From Schizochytrium sp. TIO01 (Eukaryota > Protista > Bigyra: Labyrinthulomycetes): a DNA stretch of 64,000 nucleotides. The DNA lies in contig SMSO01000007.1 in assembly GCA_004764695.1 (NCBI GenBank), positions 2,487,270 through 2,551,269 on the forward strand, read 5' to 3'. The translations under genes and the position numbers were made by a program. Shown piece after piece: positions 54,703 to 64,000 of this stretch; position 1 is the stretch's first letter, and every line of letters starts with the position of its first letter. Under the pieces are notes generated by a model. The model was not told the origin of the DNA and made no database searches. It saw only the letters and a list, made by a program, of their open reading frames with translations.

Positions 54703-56373
54703 AGGCTGATATGCAGACGGCATCAAGGGGGTAGACACTGGCATAGGATGTAGGATAGACCCTGAGGAACCTGAGGAGACGGAGGACGAAGCAGAGGTTT
54801 GGCGGGGAGGAAGCACAGCTGACGATGGAGGCCGAATTGATGCGGACTGGGCTGGAGCCAGCGGTTGAGCAACTTTTGAGCTTGTAGATGGCTTGCGAGG
54901 CGGTTTTAAAACAGCTGGTGTTGCACCTGAGGAAGTTGAAGGAGCCCTCTGAGATCGTTCTGGTAGCTTGTTGAAGCTATCCAAACCAGCAAACATGTCG
55001 TTTGTTGGTTGATTCATCTGTATTTGCTGTGACGGCTGAGCTGCTACGGACGGTGTGGACGAGGAAAATGTGCCAAACATATCTTCATAATCATCATTTT
55101 TCATTGGTGCCATCGGAGACGAGGTTGATGTAGCTACCGCCGGAGCGAGTGAGATACTTGGTTTTGAAGACGAGGAAGACGGCGGCCTTGCCAAGGGTGC
55201 TGGTGTAAGGACAGGCTGCGACTGGCGAGATTTTGATGATGGCGCCTTGAGCTTTGGAGGCACTTGCTGTCTAGTTTGTGCCTGTTTGACGGGCACAGAG
55301 GCAGGCGCGGGGAAACCTCCAAAATCGGCGAAGTCGTCATCAGCGCTCCTTGATTTTGCTGTGTGGCTGTACTCAACCGCAAAGGGATCATCCACCTTTG
55401 CAGTGGAGGACAAACCTGTCTTTGCAGCTGCTGAGGTTGAAGTTGTCGCTGATGATGTAAAAAAATCAGCGAAATCGTCTTCAGCATTCCCGAAAGAAGC
55501 AGTCGCCGCAGGGGAGGACACTGTTGTGTGGACTGCAGTTTCGAATGGATTCTGGTTCTCTGAAGGCATTGCCATCTTTACGGGTTGGGGCATTGGCTCG
55601 GGCTGAGGCGGCGGCTTTGGAGCCTCTGCCTCGACACCGGTTCGCGCGTCCACAATACCATTAGAATACAGTGGTTTTGAGTTTAGATAAGGCAGCAAAA
55701 CCTCGTAAAGAAATGCTGGTCCATTTTGTTTGGCCGGGAAGGCCAGAGGCTTGAAAAGCATAAACCAAAATGAACTGTCACAAAGGCGGTGCAGTGGGAT
55801 ATCATTAAACACAAACGAGAGAGCGCGTTTCACTTTCGGTGGAGAGGTTTCTGAGCGAGCATAATGATACTCAAGGCCTTCACCTGTGTTACACACGGCA
55901 AAAGTATACGTATGTTCCCGACGAAGCAAGATGTAGAGAAGCGCATGACCCTCCTTCTCAGATGTGCGCCAACCACCTGGAGAAAAGAGAATTTCACCAA
56001 CACGCAATGAGTTAACTTTCATGACAAAGGCGTTAAGGAAGTCAAGAAACTGCCCGCTACGTTTTACGTCATCCACATCGTTTTTGAATTGCGAAAGTGG
56101 AAGCCTGGCACCAATTTGTGCACATTCCGAGATTGCAGTCTGAAGAAGCGCAACTGCTCGAGTATGGCGCGCGTTGCCATCCAGCATTTTCTCTCCAATG
56201 AGTCTATTGAGCACAGTGCCGAGAAGCTGGATGGAGCCGGCCATACAATGAAAGGCACTTGAGGGCGCCTCTCGCTCGCGAGTTTCTGCATTAAGAAAAG
56301 GGTCAGTGAAGACATCAGGAAGTGAAAAATGGTCCCAAATTGGCTTATCGCCGAATGCATATGGAGTGGACAT
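40939..56373 (-). CDS. Giant intronless DUF3638/DUF3645 multidomain protein (~5144 aa): putative protease-like N-terminus, SF2 helicase-like ATPase core, EF-hands, Vps62/DUF946-like C-terminus
   Basis: 15.4-kb uninterrupted ORF; first ATG at 56373 (the track's start at 56379 is TTG). DUF3638-type NQMLMGAGKTTVVAPILALLL and ILDEVDLILHP; DUF3645-type LAVPFVGKDVPSRASEFAHPDV; GFSGT, DQIHTTGMDI and QGAFRMRG motifs; (QE)n tract; EF-hand DSDGNGQIGCTE; C-terminal WEGVPPSRDFVSLGHICTT and WEDTGTAG repeats. Confidence 0.93.
43340..43420 (-). repeat. Coding (CAGGAG/CAAGAG)n repeat encoding a QE dipeptide tract
   Basis: QVQEQEQEQEQEQEQEQEQEQEQEKEQE in the giant ORF. Confidence 0.9.
54206..54259 (-). repeat. 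Coding CAG/CAA repeat (polyQ); second tract at ~54670-54702
   Basis: (ctg)n on the + strand, read as polyglutamine in the giant ORF. Confidence 0.93.
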
Positions 56374-57364
56374 GATCAACTAACTGATAGAAGAGTGCTT
56401 GTTGCAGTGTGAAATGAACTCGGACTTGCCCTAGAAAAATTGCTTGAGTTCAATTTCAAGTGTGAGCAAGACTCTATTGTTTGCAAGATTTTGTCCAAAG
56501 TTTGACCAAGAGAAATCAATTATGCCAAAGGTCAAGTTGATTCAAAGCTATCTGATTGAGATTGATTTTCAAACCTCGGAAAACAGCGCCACTGCGGAAA
56601 AGACCTGTTAAATCACTTGAACAAAACGTTAAACCCTCCCCTATACTTGCGGCACTTTGACCAGCTTTGCTATCGTGCCTTGATACCACCCACACCGACA
56701 AGTTCACCGCGGCTTGGGATGGCGTATCCAAGGCTATCTATCTCAGCAATCCAAGGTTGCTAAAGCTGTCACCGCGTACAATCTAAAGTGGATCGCTGGG
56801 ATAGAGCGCCTCTAGGTCTGCTGCGACCCGCTCCCACGAGTCCTCGAAGCTCGAGGCGAGCACCGGCCGCCTCAGGACCTGCCGTCACACCGACGGAGTT
56901 CCCAGGCTGGCGGCGATTTGCCATTGACGGCAGAAAAAAACAAACAAACAAACAAACAAAGAACAAAAAGAAAATCATCAATAACGATGTCAATATTAAT
57001 TTAAATTTTAAAAAGAAGGTGTAATTAACGTTCTATCTATTGTTCTGTTCTTTTCTTCTCTACCTTCATAAGAGTATTACGACAATGCTCATGAAACCTG
57101 GCTGCCTTCTATCGTGTTATGAGTGTTCTGAGTTTTTACAAAAAGTAAAGGAATTTTAGGAATAGCCTCTGACTAGTGAGCATGCTTCCTAGGACCTCGT
57201 GTATAACGTGTACTACTTACTACCTACCAGCCCACGGACTCGCACAATTCGTTGACCTCGACAGGAGCAGTGAGCTATGGCTAGCGCAGTAGTCTTCGAT
57301 TTCTAGGTATTTGACATTTCAAGCAAATCTCTCCATTCTGTGAAAGCCACACCATTCTATTGCA

Positions 57365-57522
57365 CCTAGGTACCTAATAGGTAACTACTACTAGCTTGCT
57401 CAGAACCCGCTTGCAGCGTTTTCAGCTACGCACCTAAAAGAGAGTGATGCCATTATGGAATGAAGCAGCTGATCTTTTATTCACAAGAGCTAACTTGAGT
57501 AGGTGCCTAGGTACTACGTACC
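57365..57522. promoter_or_regulatory. TAGG/GTAC/CCTA-rich motif cluster in the divergent intergenic region between the giant gene and NAXD
   Basis: cctaggtacctaataggtaactactactag and taggtgcctaggtactacgtacc. Similar clusters lie upstream of most genes in the window. Regulatory function is inferred from position only. Confidence 0.35.
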
Positions 57523-58441
57523 ACTAATTTATGGTCTATGTGATGTCATGCCACGAACGATTTGATAATACATGCATACCTTGGTATCTCTGCTGTTAAA
57601 CTCGAATGAAAAATCAGCGGCTGTTGTTTTCCAAAAGCATGCGAGCACGGGTAGCTGAGGGCAATAATAGCTACCTAGCTATCTAATTACTAGGTGGGGA
57701 TGTCACGTAGCCTAATTTACTTGGGCAACTAAGCAATTCTTACCTTTAATTGGGGTGGGGCTACCACTACTACTGAATCCAAGAATATTAAGGCCTAGTA
57801 GTTGAGTTATAATATCTTGTGGGTTTGACCTCAAGATTAGTGATGATTGTGAAAGCTCTGCACTTTTCTTGCGTTGGATTAAGTTCCGTTGCCAGGAGGC
57901 TTCGGCATTCTTCAACTTGATGGGTAAATTGCCTTTTACCCCTAATCTTCCTTTATAAGCTTGAAAACCCCTTTGTACTAGACTTGATCTAGCTATCACA
58001 TTGGTGTTCACTGTATTCTTCAGGCACTCTCATAAGTTTAAAGGGAGGCGGCACTTATACTTACCTAATACTATATTCTATTCATTCATGGAGTGATTGT
58101 TTCTTTTACTTTTGCTTTTTACATTAGAAAAATAGAAAGAAAAAAACAATAATGGCAAGCTTTGCAGGGCACAGCACAAAGAACAGATAACTTCGCCAAA
58201 GATGCTATTTATAGACTCTGCGGATTATACTGTTGAAACGTACTGCAAGAGAGCAGAACAAAGGTTGTTTTAGTCACAGTGAGTCATAGCGAGAGTGAGA
58301 GACTCAACGCTTTCACTATAGTTTTTCCTTATTGACGAGAGGTAGAGAGAGTGTGCTAAGCTTGAGAGTACTAGTATCTTTGTTTTTCACCGAGCAATAG
58401 ACTTACATTATCGTCCATCCCCCGTCCGCAGTTAGTTTTGG

Positions 58442-59599
58442 ATGCTCTCGCGGGTGCATCAATTTACTTGGTGGGTGGCTGTCCTTGCGGCAGTAATCTC
58501 GTTTTCTTGTTCTATACATTCTGCTCTAGGGCTGGATCCCTCAGACCCAAGCTCGAGCTCCGTCCCAGGTTTGCATTCCTGCTCATCAACTGCTATGTCC
58601 GTGCCTTCTCTCATGGACGCCGCTGTGCGTCTGGTCCCCCGCCTCAGCAAGGGCCTTCACAAGGGCCAGGCTGGTCGCATCGCCATCGTGGGTGGCTCCT
58701 TTGAGTACACTGGCGCTCCATTTTATGCTGCGATGTCGTCCCTCAAGGTTGGCGCTGATCTCTCCTTCGTGCTCTGTGAAGAGTCCGCTGCCGTACCGAT
58801 TAAGTCCTACACGCCCGAGATTATCGTAGTTCCGGCCCTCTCTGACGCCGCGTTGCACCGTGCTCTCGACCTGCTGCCGCGTGTGCATGTGCTGGTTATT
58901 GGGCCCGGTCTCGGAAGAGATGAAGGGACTCTTGCACTCGTGGAGCGAATTATTGAGGAGGCCAAATCTAAGCAGATGCCAATGGTCCTCGACGGTGACG
59001 CACTTTTCTTACTCACGAAAAAACCGCAGCTGGTCCACGGGTACGAGCGGGCGCTCCTGACTCCGAATGTGGTAGAGTTCGCCCGGCTGGAAAAAGCGCT
59101 GTTTGGCGACAACGAAGAGGCTGCAGACATGTCAGAGCTCAAGCCGGAGGCTGGGAGCAATGCGGAGCTTGGAAGGTGGATGGAGATTGATGACAGTGAT
59201 ACTTCCAGCCCGCTGTGGCGTGCGGTAAGGCTGGCACGGGAAATGGGCAATGTAACAGTAATGCAGAAGGGAGAGGTTGACGTTATTACTGATGGAAAGA
59301 GGGCTGCAATTAGCACAGCAGAGGGCTCCAACCGGCGCTGTGGAGGACAAGGAGACGTGTTGGCTGGGTCCAGTGGTGTCTTCTTACATTGGGCCTTTCA
59401 TGGTGCCAACAATGATGGTCCTGGCCTTGAGGGCGCGATTCCAGCTGCATTTGCTGCCAGTGTCCTTACTCGCACTGCAAACCAGCTCGCTTTTCAGGAG
59501 CATCACCGTAGCATGACTACACCTGATATTATTCAGCACCTTGGTATTGCGTTCAACCAGCTTTTTGACCAAGAGCAGACGGCAGACTCATCGCTGTAA
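58442..59599 (+). CDS. NAXD: ATP-dependent (S)-NAD(P)H-hydrate dehydratase (CARKD/YjeF_C), 385 aa
   Basis: Motifs: HKGQAGRIAIVGGSFEYTGAPFYAA, KVGADL, IGPGLGR, LDGDAL, LTPNVVEFARL, KGEVDVI and RRCGGQGDVLAG. There is a hydrophobic N-terminal extension. Confidence 0.96.
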   Translation: MLSRVHQFTWWVAVLAAVISFSCSIHSALGLDPSDPSSSSVPGLHSCSSTAMSVPSLMDAAVRLVPRLSKGLHKGQAGRIAIVGGSFEYTGAPFYAAMSSLKVGADLSFVLCEESAAVPIKSYTPEIIVVPALSDAALHRALDLLPRVHVLVIGPGLGRDEGTLALVERIIEEAKSKQMPMVLDGDALFLLTKKPQLVHGYERALLTPNVVEFARLEKALFGDNEEAADMSELKPEAGSNAELGRWMEIDDSDTSSPLWRAVRLAREMGNVTVMQKGEVDVITDGKRAAISTAEGSNRRCGGQGDVLAGSSGVFLHWAFHGANNDGPGLEGAIPAAFAASVLTRTANQLAFQEHHRSMTTPDIIQHLGIAFNQLFDQEQTADSSL

Positions 59600-59930
59600 A
59601 CAATACTGAAAAAAAAAATGAAAACTTATGTAGACATTTATATGTGTATGCAAGTTGTTGAACTATCTGTTGACTAAGCTACTTTCAGAAGGCATGCGCA
59701 ATGATTTTTATTTTTTTTTCGATTTTTCTTGGGTTCATGAAATACCGTTTATCTATCTTAAGTAACTCGGAGGTCCTGTCTCCAGTTTTTGACTCCCGTT
59801 CCAAACAGAAAAGCAAACCATTAAAGTGGATTCTGTTCTCCATTCTCTCGTTTTGGAAAGGAGAAAATGCAAACAAGATTCATTTGATGGAAAAGAAACA
59901 ATTTTAGACATTATTCATGATCCAAGATTC

Positions 59931-60441
59931 TCACGAAAGTTTCGGAAGGTCTTCATCAAAATCATCACCAGAGAATTCATTGAAGAAGTCCTGGTCAGTA
60001 ATGTTTACTGCATGGTCAATCATTGGGTCATCACGAAGCGAACCAATCTCATCTGATTGCCAGAATACATGCCAAACATACACAATTAGAGCTTCAGTTA
60101 GCAGAAAGCACACCTTGTCAGAAAGAAGAATAAGAGCTGTACTTACCTAGGCCACCGTAGTTCTTTCTTCCTCGCGATGGGTTGCGACGAATGCGCTGTG
60201 CATGACCTTTGGTGCTTGCACTTGGGGGCTGGGTGGCTGTGTGTAAAGTTCTATTAAGATGTATGTGAGAGTTCACAAGATAAACAACCGTAAAACGCAG
60301 AGCGCAGATGTACTCGATGATTTTTTGTTAGCATATGCCCTACTCTTTGAACCAACCACGACGCAACTGTCGCTGTTGCAGTGATGCCGCGTGGACACTT
60401 GGTTGCCTTAGCGCTTCGCCTTCTTCTTACCGGGAAGACAT
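59931..60441 (-). CDS. CSN9/CSNAP (MYEOV2)-like acidic microprotein, 78 aa, 3 exons: 60441-60431, 60250-60147, 60052-59931
   Basis: Donors GTAAGA (60430) and GTAAGT (60146); acceptors TAG (60251) and CAG (60053); GCTAAC in both introns. The exons sum to 237 nt in frame and give MSSRTLHTATQPPSASTKGHAQRIRRNPSRGRKNYGGLDEIGSLRDDPMIDHAVNITDQDFFNEFSGDDFDEDLPKLS. The C-terminal DFFNxF..DDFD matches the CSNAP signature. Confidence 0.75.
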
Positions 60442-61117
60442 GTTCTCTCAAGAATCCTGTTTTGCCTAGAAGGTCGTTTTGCGAAATGTCGGGAAGGAAG
60501 TGTTGCTTATTGCCAACTGTGATGAAATATCCTTTTCTATATAGAATTAATAATAATAAATAAATAAAAATAAAAAGGAATAAAATAAGGCCTATAGTAT
60601 CAGCAGCATGTAGAGAGGTCGACTAGGCCTACTAGCGAACGCGTGGAAGATTAATTTTCATTGATAGGTAATATAACCTGTGAAGGAATCAGGAATTCGA
60701 CGACCATTTATCATACCAGCAATTTGATTGTGGTGTCATGTTATTGATTGTGAAAGCTGGCTGAAAGAAATAGGAAAAAAATAAAAGAATGAATATCAAG
60801 AGAGCGCTGCTTCAATTATTTTAAATACCCCTGATCTGTCAATCATATCAATCGTAATGCAAACTATAGGAAATGGATCATCTTTCGACTGAACAAACGT
60901 TATTTCTTAAAGAGCATGAAAGAGAAGTAAATAAGAGACTAGCCAACTTGTGCTGTATATTGCACAAAATTGGTACACCACACTGAAGAGCTATCTCGAC
61001 AATGAAGGGCTTCCTAGGTAATGTTCTTCCCCTTATTTTGTTTTACTTGCGAAAACAATTTATAGAACTTGGCAAACAAACTAAAGAAGGGAAGCTATGA
61101 ACATCACTGTTAGCACC

Positions 61118-61979
61118 TTATATCTTGCTCTTTGGGCGCTTAATTACATCGTCAATTGTTTTCGGCACATGTTGGATATCAACGTTTGGAGTAAACGGGC
61201 GCTTCGTTTGTGATGTCAGCTCCATATATTCCCCATCAGGACCAGTGAAGTAAAATGATTCCCAGGTTGTGTTTTCATTCTTCTTTGGGCCATAGCCTGA
61301 TGGAGACTCGTCAGTATGGTATAAAATGGGACTGACAAAGCCAACCTTCAGCTTCATAATACGCATTCGATACTCGCGCATTTTTGCTGGATTAACATTC
61401 CAGGCGACATGATTAACTGAACCATGCGCAGTCGCAAAGTTTCCAGTGCTCATATTCGCTACATCAATGGTAGTTACCCCAGCTACACCAGGAGGTGCAT
61501 GTGGAAACCAAAAGTAGGCTAAGGAAGCACCGTTTCCGCCATCCATAAAGAAGTGTTGTCCTTGGTCAGGTAGTGCAATTGTCTTGGTCAACCGTAGCCC
61601 AAGCCCTTCGGACCAAAACCAAATTGTTCTTGCCATATCTGAAGAAACCCATGCCACATGCTGTGGAATCAAACACATGTTACATCATAATAGTAACATT
61701 TATAAGATTGACGCTTTTGTGAGTGAGTCTTAAATTTACGGGTACATGAAACCCCGCTAGCCCCGCATATATAGCACGAAGGTGCAATCTAGGGCTTCGT
61801 ATAGTCTGACAAGGGGAGGAAGACATAATGTGGCCTTAGTGGCTGGTTTTATGCCACAACCTTTGCTTTGGACTTACATTGACTCCGTTGATCTCGATGG
61901 CATCAGATCTTGGGTGTCCAAACCTCCTGCGCAGGTCCTCCACCGAAAGCTGACGCACATCTTCGTAGGATAGCACCAT
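61118..61979 (-). CDS. VOC/glyoxalase-bleomycin-resistance family protein, ~214 aa, 2 exons: 61979-61878 and 61660-61118 (alternative in-frame ATG at 62048)
   Basis: Exon 1 (MVLSYEDV...IEINGVN) ends at GTAAGT. The 217-nt intron ends at CCACAG. The join gives INGVNHVAWVSSDMARTIWFWSEGLGL. Further VOC motifs are GSVNHVAW and SFYFTGPDGEYMEL, supplying His/His/Glu candidate metal ligands. Confidence 0.88.
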
Positions 61980-62781
61980 TCTAAAAGGAGTGTTTATGTT
62001 CTTCGTATTTCCGGTCTGCTTGCTACATTTGTTGGTCTCCTTCGCCATTCTGAATCTGAGTCCTACAGGTAGTAGGTACTTGTCCCAATACTTCAAAGTT
62101 AAATATTACACCCGCCAATTTTTTATTTTATTTTTTATAAATAAAAATTAGAAAACGAAAATAGTGAGGATCATATTGGATACTCTTTGAGTCTAAACAT
62201 CAGACTATCTCCGAGTATGTCATCTATTAGGAGAGCGCAAAGAGATTGAGACTGTTTGCTCAGCTCGAAGTGAAGGTTTGGAAAGTGAATTGAAATCCAG
62301 TTTACCAGTTTATGTAAAGTATTCCAGGTTTCTCGTTAGTACTAGTTTAATTGTTTCTTTCGTATTATTATTCAGCTTATTTAGCTATTATTTATCATTT
62401 ATTCTTGACTTAGTGTTTACAAAACAAAATAAAACAATATATACTAGTAGGGGCCTACCAGTAGTATTTTAAACATTAAAAATCAACGAGAGGATCGATT
62501 TTCTTTCAAGGAAGTACATGAGTCCGACAGCATTTTTTTGTTGTTGTTATTCCAAATACAGAGAGATACATGAATTATTGTCCCGGGTAATGCAACCTTT
62601 TCTTTATTTCAAAGAAGCCGAGGCTGACTTTTAAACTCAATTGTGGAATGCGGATGTTCATAGTCAAGGGCCTATGTTCCATAAGTTCTGGTTAATGTGT
62701 TATCCGTTATTTGGCAAAGTTTGAGTATAGAACATCGAGAGACCCAGACACGAAATACAGGGACTACAACTACTGGACGTG

Positions 62782-63405
62782 ATGGAGACTGATGCGGGAG
62801 AAGAGAAAGTACTTGACCTCAATGAGAGCGCTACCATTGCTGCTCTGCGAGCAGAGTTGGCAGCTGCCCGAGAAGCTGTAATTGAGACACAGAGGGATTG
62901 TGCTCGAATAGTTCAAGAGCTAGAGGAACGAGTTAACCTGCATCAAGGAGACATTGTGCCGCTTGAAATCCATGAACGTGTGAAAAGAGAAGGGGAGGCA
63001 CGTATCAATGCTTCAAATGATCGTATGGTAGCACTAGATCGCAGATTTAGAGAGTTGTGGCGAGATATGCGCTTAGAGAATGGACAGGTGCGAGAAGCTG
63101 TGGACAATGCTCGGAAAGCTATGCAAGAGGAGCGCCAACTACGTCTTGCAGCAGAAACTCGAGTTCGTCAAAATGAAGCACATATTACCAAACTCACCCG
63201 AGATAATTTGAAGCTACAGTCTCTTCTGAAGCAAGCGGAGGAAAAGGCATCACTTATGCGCACGATTGCTCGGATTCGCGAGGAAACCGACGATGCCGAA
63301 ACTTCGGCTAGTATTCTCGGATTTGACGGATTAGTAAAAAAGATCAGACACGTTTCTGAAGAAGTTGAACGACAAGTAACTTTTCATGAAAATCCCACGC
63401 GTTGA
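62782..63405 (+). CDS. Coiled-coil hypothetical protein, 207 aa
   Basis: ATG at 62782 (the track starts at GTG 62779). E/R/L/A-rich heptad pattern over most of the length; no recognised family. Confidence 0.7.
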   Translation: METDAGEEKVLDLNESATIAALRAELAAAREAVIETQRDCARIVQELEERVNLHQGDIVPLEIHERVKREGEARINASNDRMVALDRRFRELWRDMRLENGQVREAVDNARKAMQEERQLRLAAETRVRQNEAHITKLTRDNLKLQSLLKQAEEKASLMRTIARIREETDDAETSASILGFDGLVKKIRHVSEEVERQVTFHENPTR

Positions 63406-63543
63406 CACTAATTCAATTAGTGGTTGAAAAGTTCAAGCGGGAACTAAAGATACAGCTGTAGATAATAATTTCGACATTGGACTCATGAAAAATGGAAATA
63501 CTATTAGGAAGAACAAGAAACAGATATAAGAGATCATAATTAT

Positions 63544-64000
63544 CTAATCATCTGCAGAAACCTCGTCAAGGCGTGCCAGTGCACGCATTCGCCAAGCGCT
63601 AGCTCCTGGCTGCGATGGGTTTAGGTTTAAACTGTGCTGTAGACTCGTGGCGGCTAACTCATAGTTGCTAGAGTAATATGCACAGACTCCAATATTATAC
63701 AAAGTTGCTGCATGGTCACCGACGTGGACCCTAGATGCCTCAAAAGCCTCGATTGCAAGTGCATAGCGACGCAGTGCCATAAGTACTCTGCCAATCTCGA
63801 AAGAAGCATCTTGAACGGGTTGAGGAGATAGTAATTGTCCCAGAGGCGCAGTTGCAACAGACGAAGACAAATTGTATGTTCGTTGCGGGGTCAAATAACA
63901 GCGAGCTCGAACCGCAGCAACGTCCTGCACAAGATCGTGAGCTTGGCGCTCTGTGGCGAATGGGGCTTGATTTATGATAGATTTACGCATTCGATAGAAC
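63544..64000 (-). CDS. C-terminal part of a TPR-containing protein (5' end lies beyond the window)
   Basis: The frame is open to the window edge (…FYRMRKSII). It contains TPR helices DASFEIGRVLMALRRYALAIEAFEAS and ATLYNIGVCAYYSSNYELAATSLQHSLNLNP. Confidence 0.8.
   Translation of the reverse strand, partial: FYRMRKSIINQAPFATERQAHDLVQDVAAVRARCYLTPQRTYNLSSSVATAPLGQLLSPQPVQDASFEIGRVLMALRRYALAIEAFEASRVHVGDHAATLYNIGVCAYYSSNYELAATSLQHSLNLNPSQPGASAWRMRALARLDEVSADD

Noticed and set aside
57712-58011. 99-aa minus-strand ORF between the giant gene and NAXD
   Set aside because: GTG start, no in-frame ATG and no motif.
58037-58046. ATACTTACCT, identical to the U1 snRNA 5' end
   Set aside because: The downstream sequence is AT-rich, with no U1 stem-loops or Sm site. 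At most it is a minus-strand donor-like word with no supported exon.
61836-62096. 86-aa ORF treated as a separate gene
   Set aside because: It is exon 1 of the VOC gene read through the donor site.

Overview
This is eukaryotic nuclear DNA: it has GT-AG introns with CTAAC-type branch sites, abundant microsatellites and no operons. Codon bias and intergenic style suggest a protist, possibly a thraustochytrid or related stramenopile (inference). From left to right: a Golgi-type sulfotransferase (-); about 27.8 kb with no credible intact gene, rich in microsatellites and TAG/CTA/GTAC motif clusters; a strongly codon-biased plasma-membrane P3A H+-ATPase (+); a short orphan ORF with a Zn-cluster-like motif (-); a two-exon SLC35B4/YEA4-like nucleotide-sugar transporter (+); and an intronless 15.4-kb gene (-) for a ~5144-aa DUF3638/DUF3645 protein. 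That protein combines a possible protease-like N-terminus, clathrin-adaptor-binding motifs, SF2 helicase-like ATPase motifs, EF-hands and a Vps62-like C-terminus. The gene-dense right end holds NAD(P)HX dehydratase NAXD (+), a three-exon 78-aa CSN9/CSNAP-like microprotein gene that the ORF track shows only as a fragment (-), a two-exon bacterial-type VOC/glyoxalase gene (-), a coiled-coil protein (+), and the TPR-bearing 3' end of a gene that runs off the window (-). I found no rRNA, tRNA, CRISPR array or intact transposon. Family assignments come from motif recognition and recall, not database searches.
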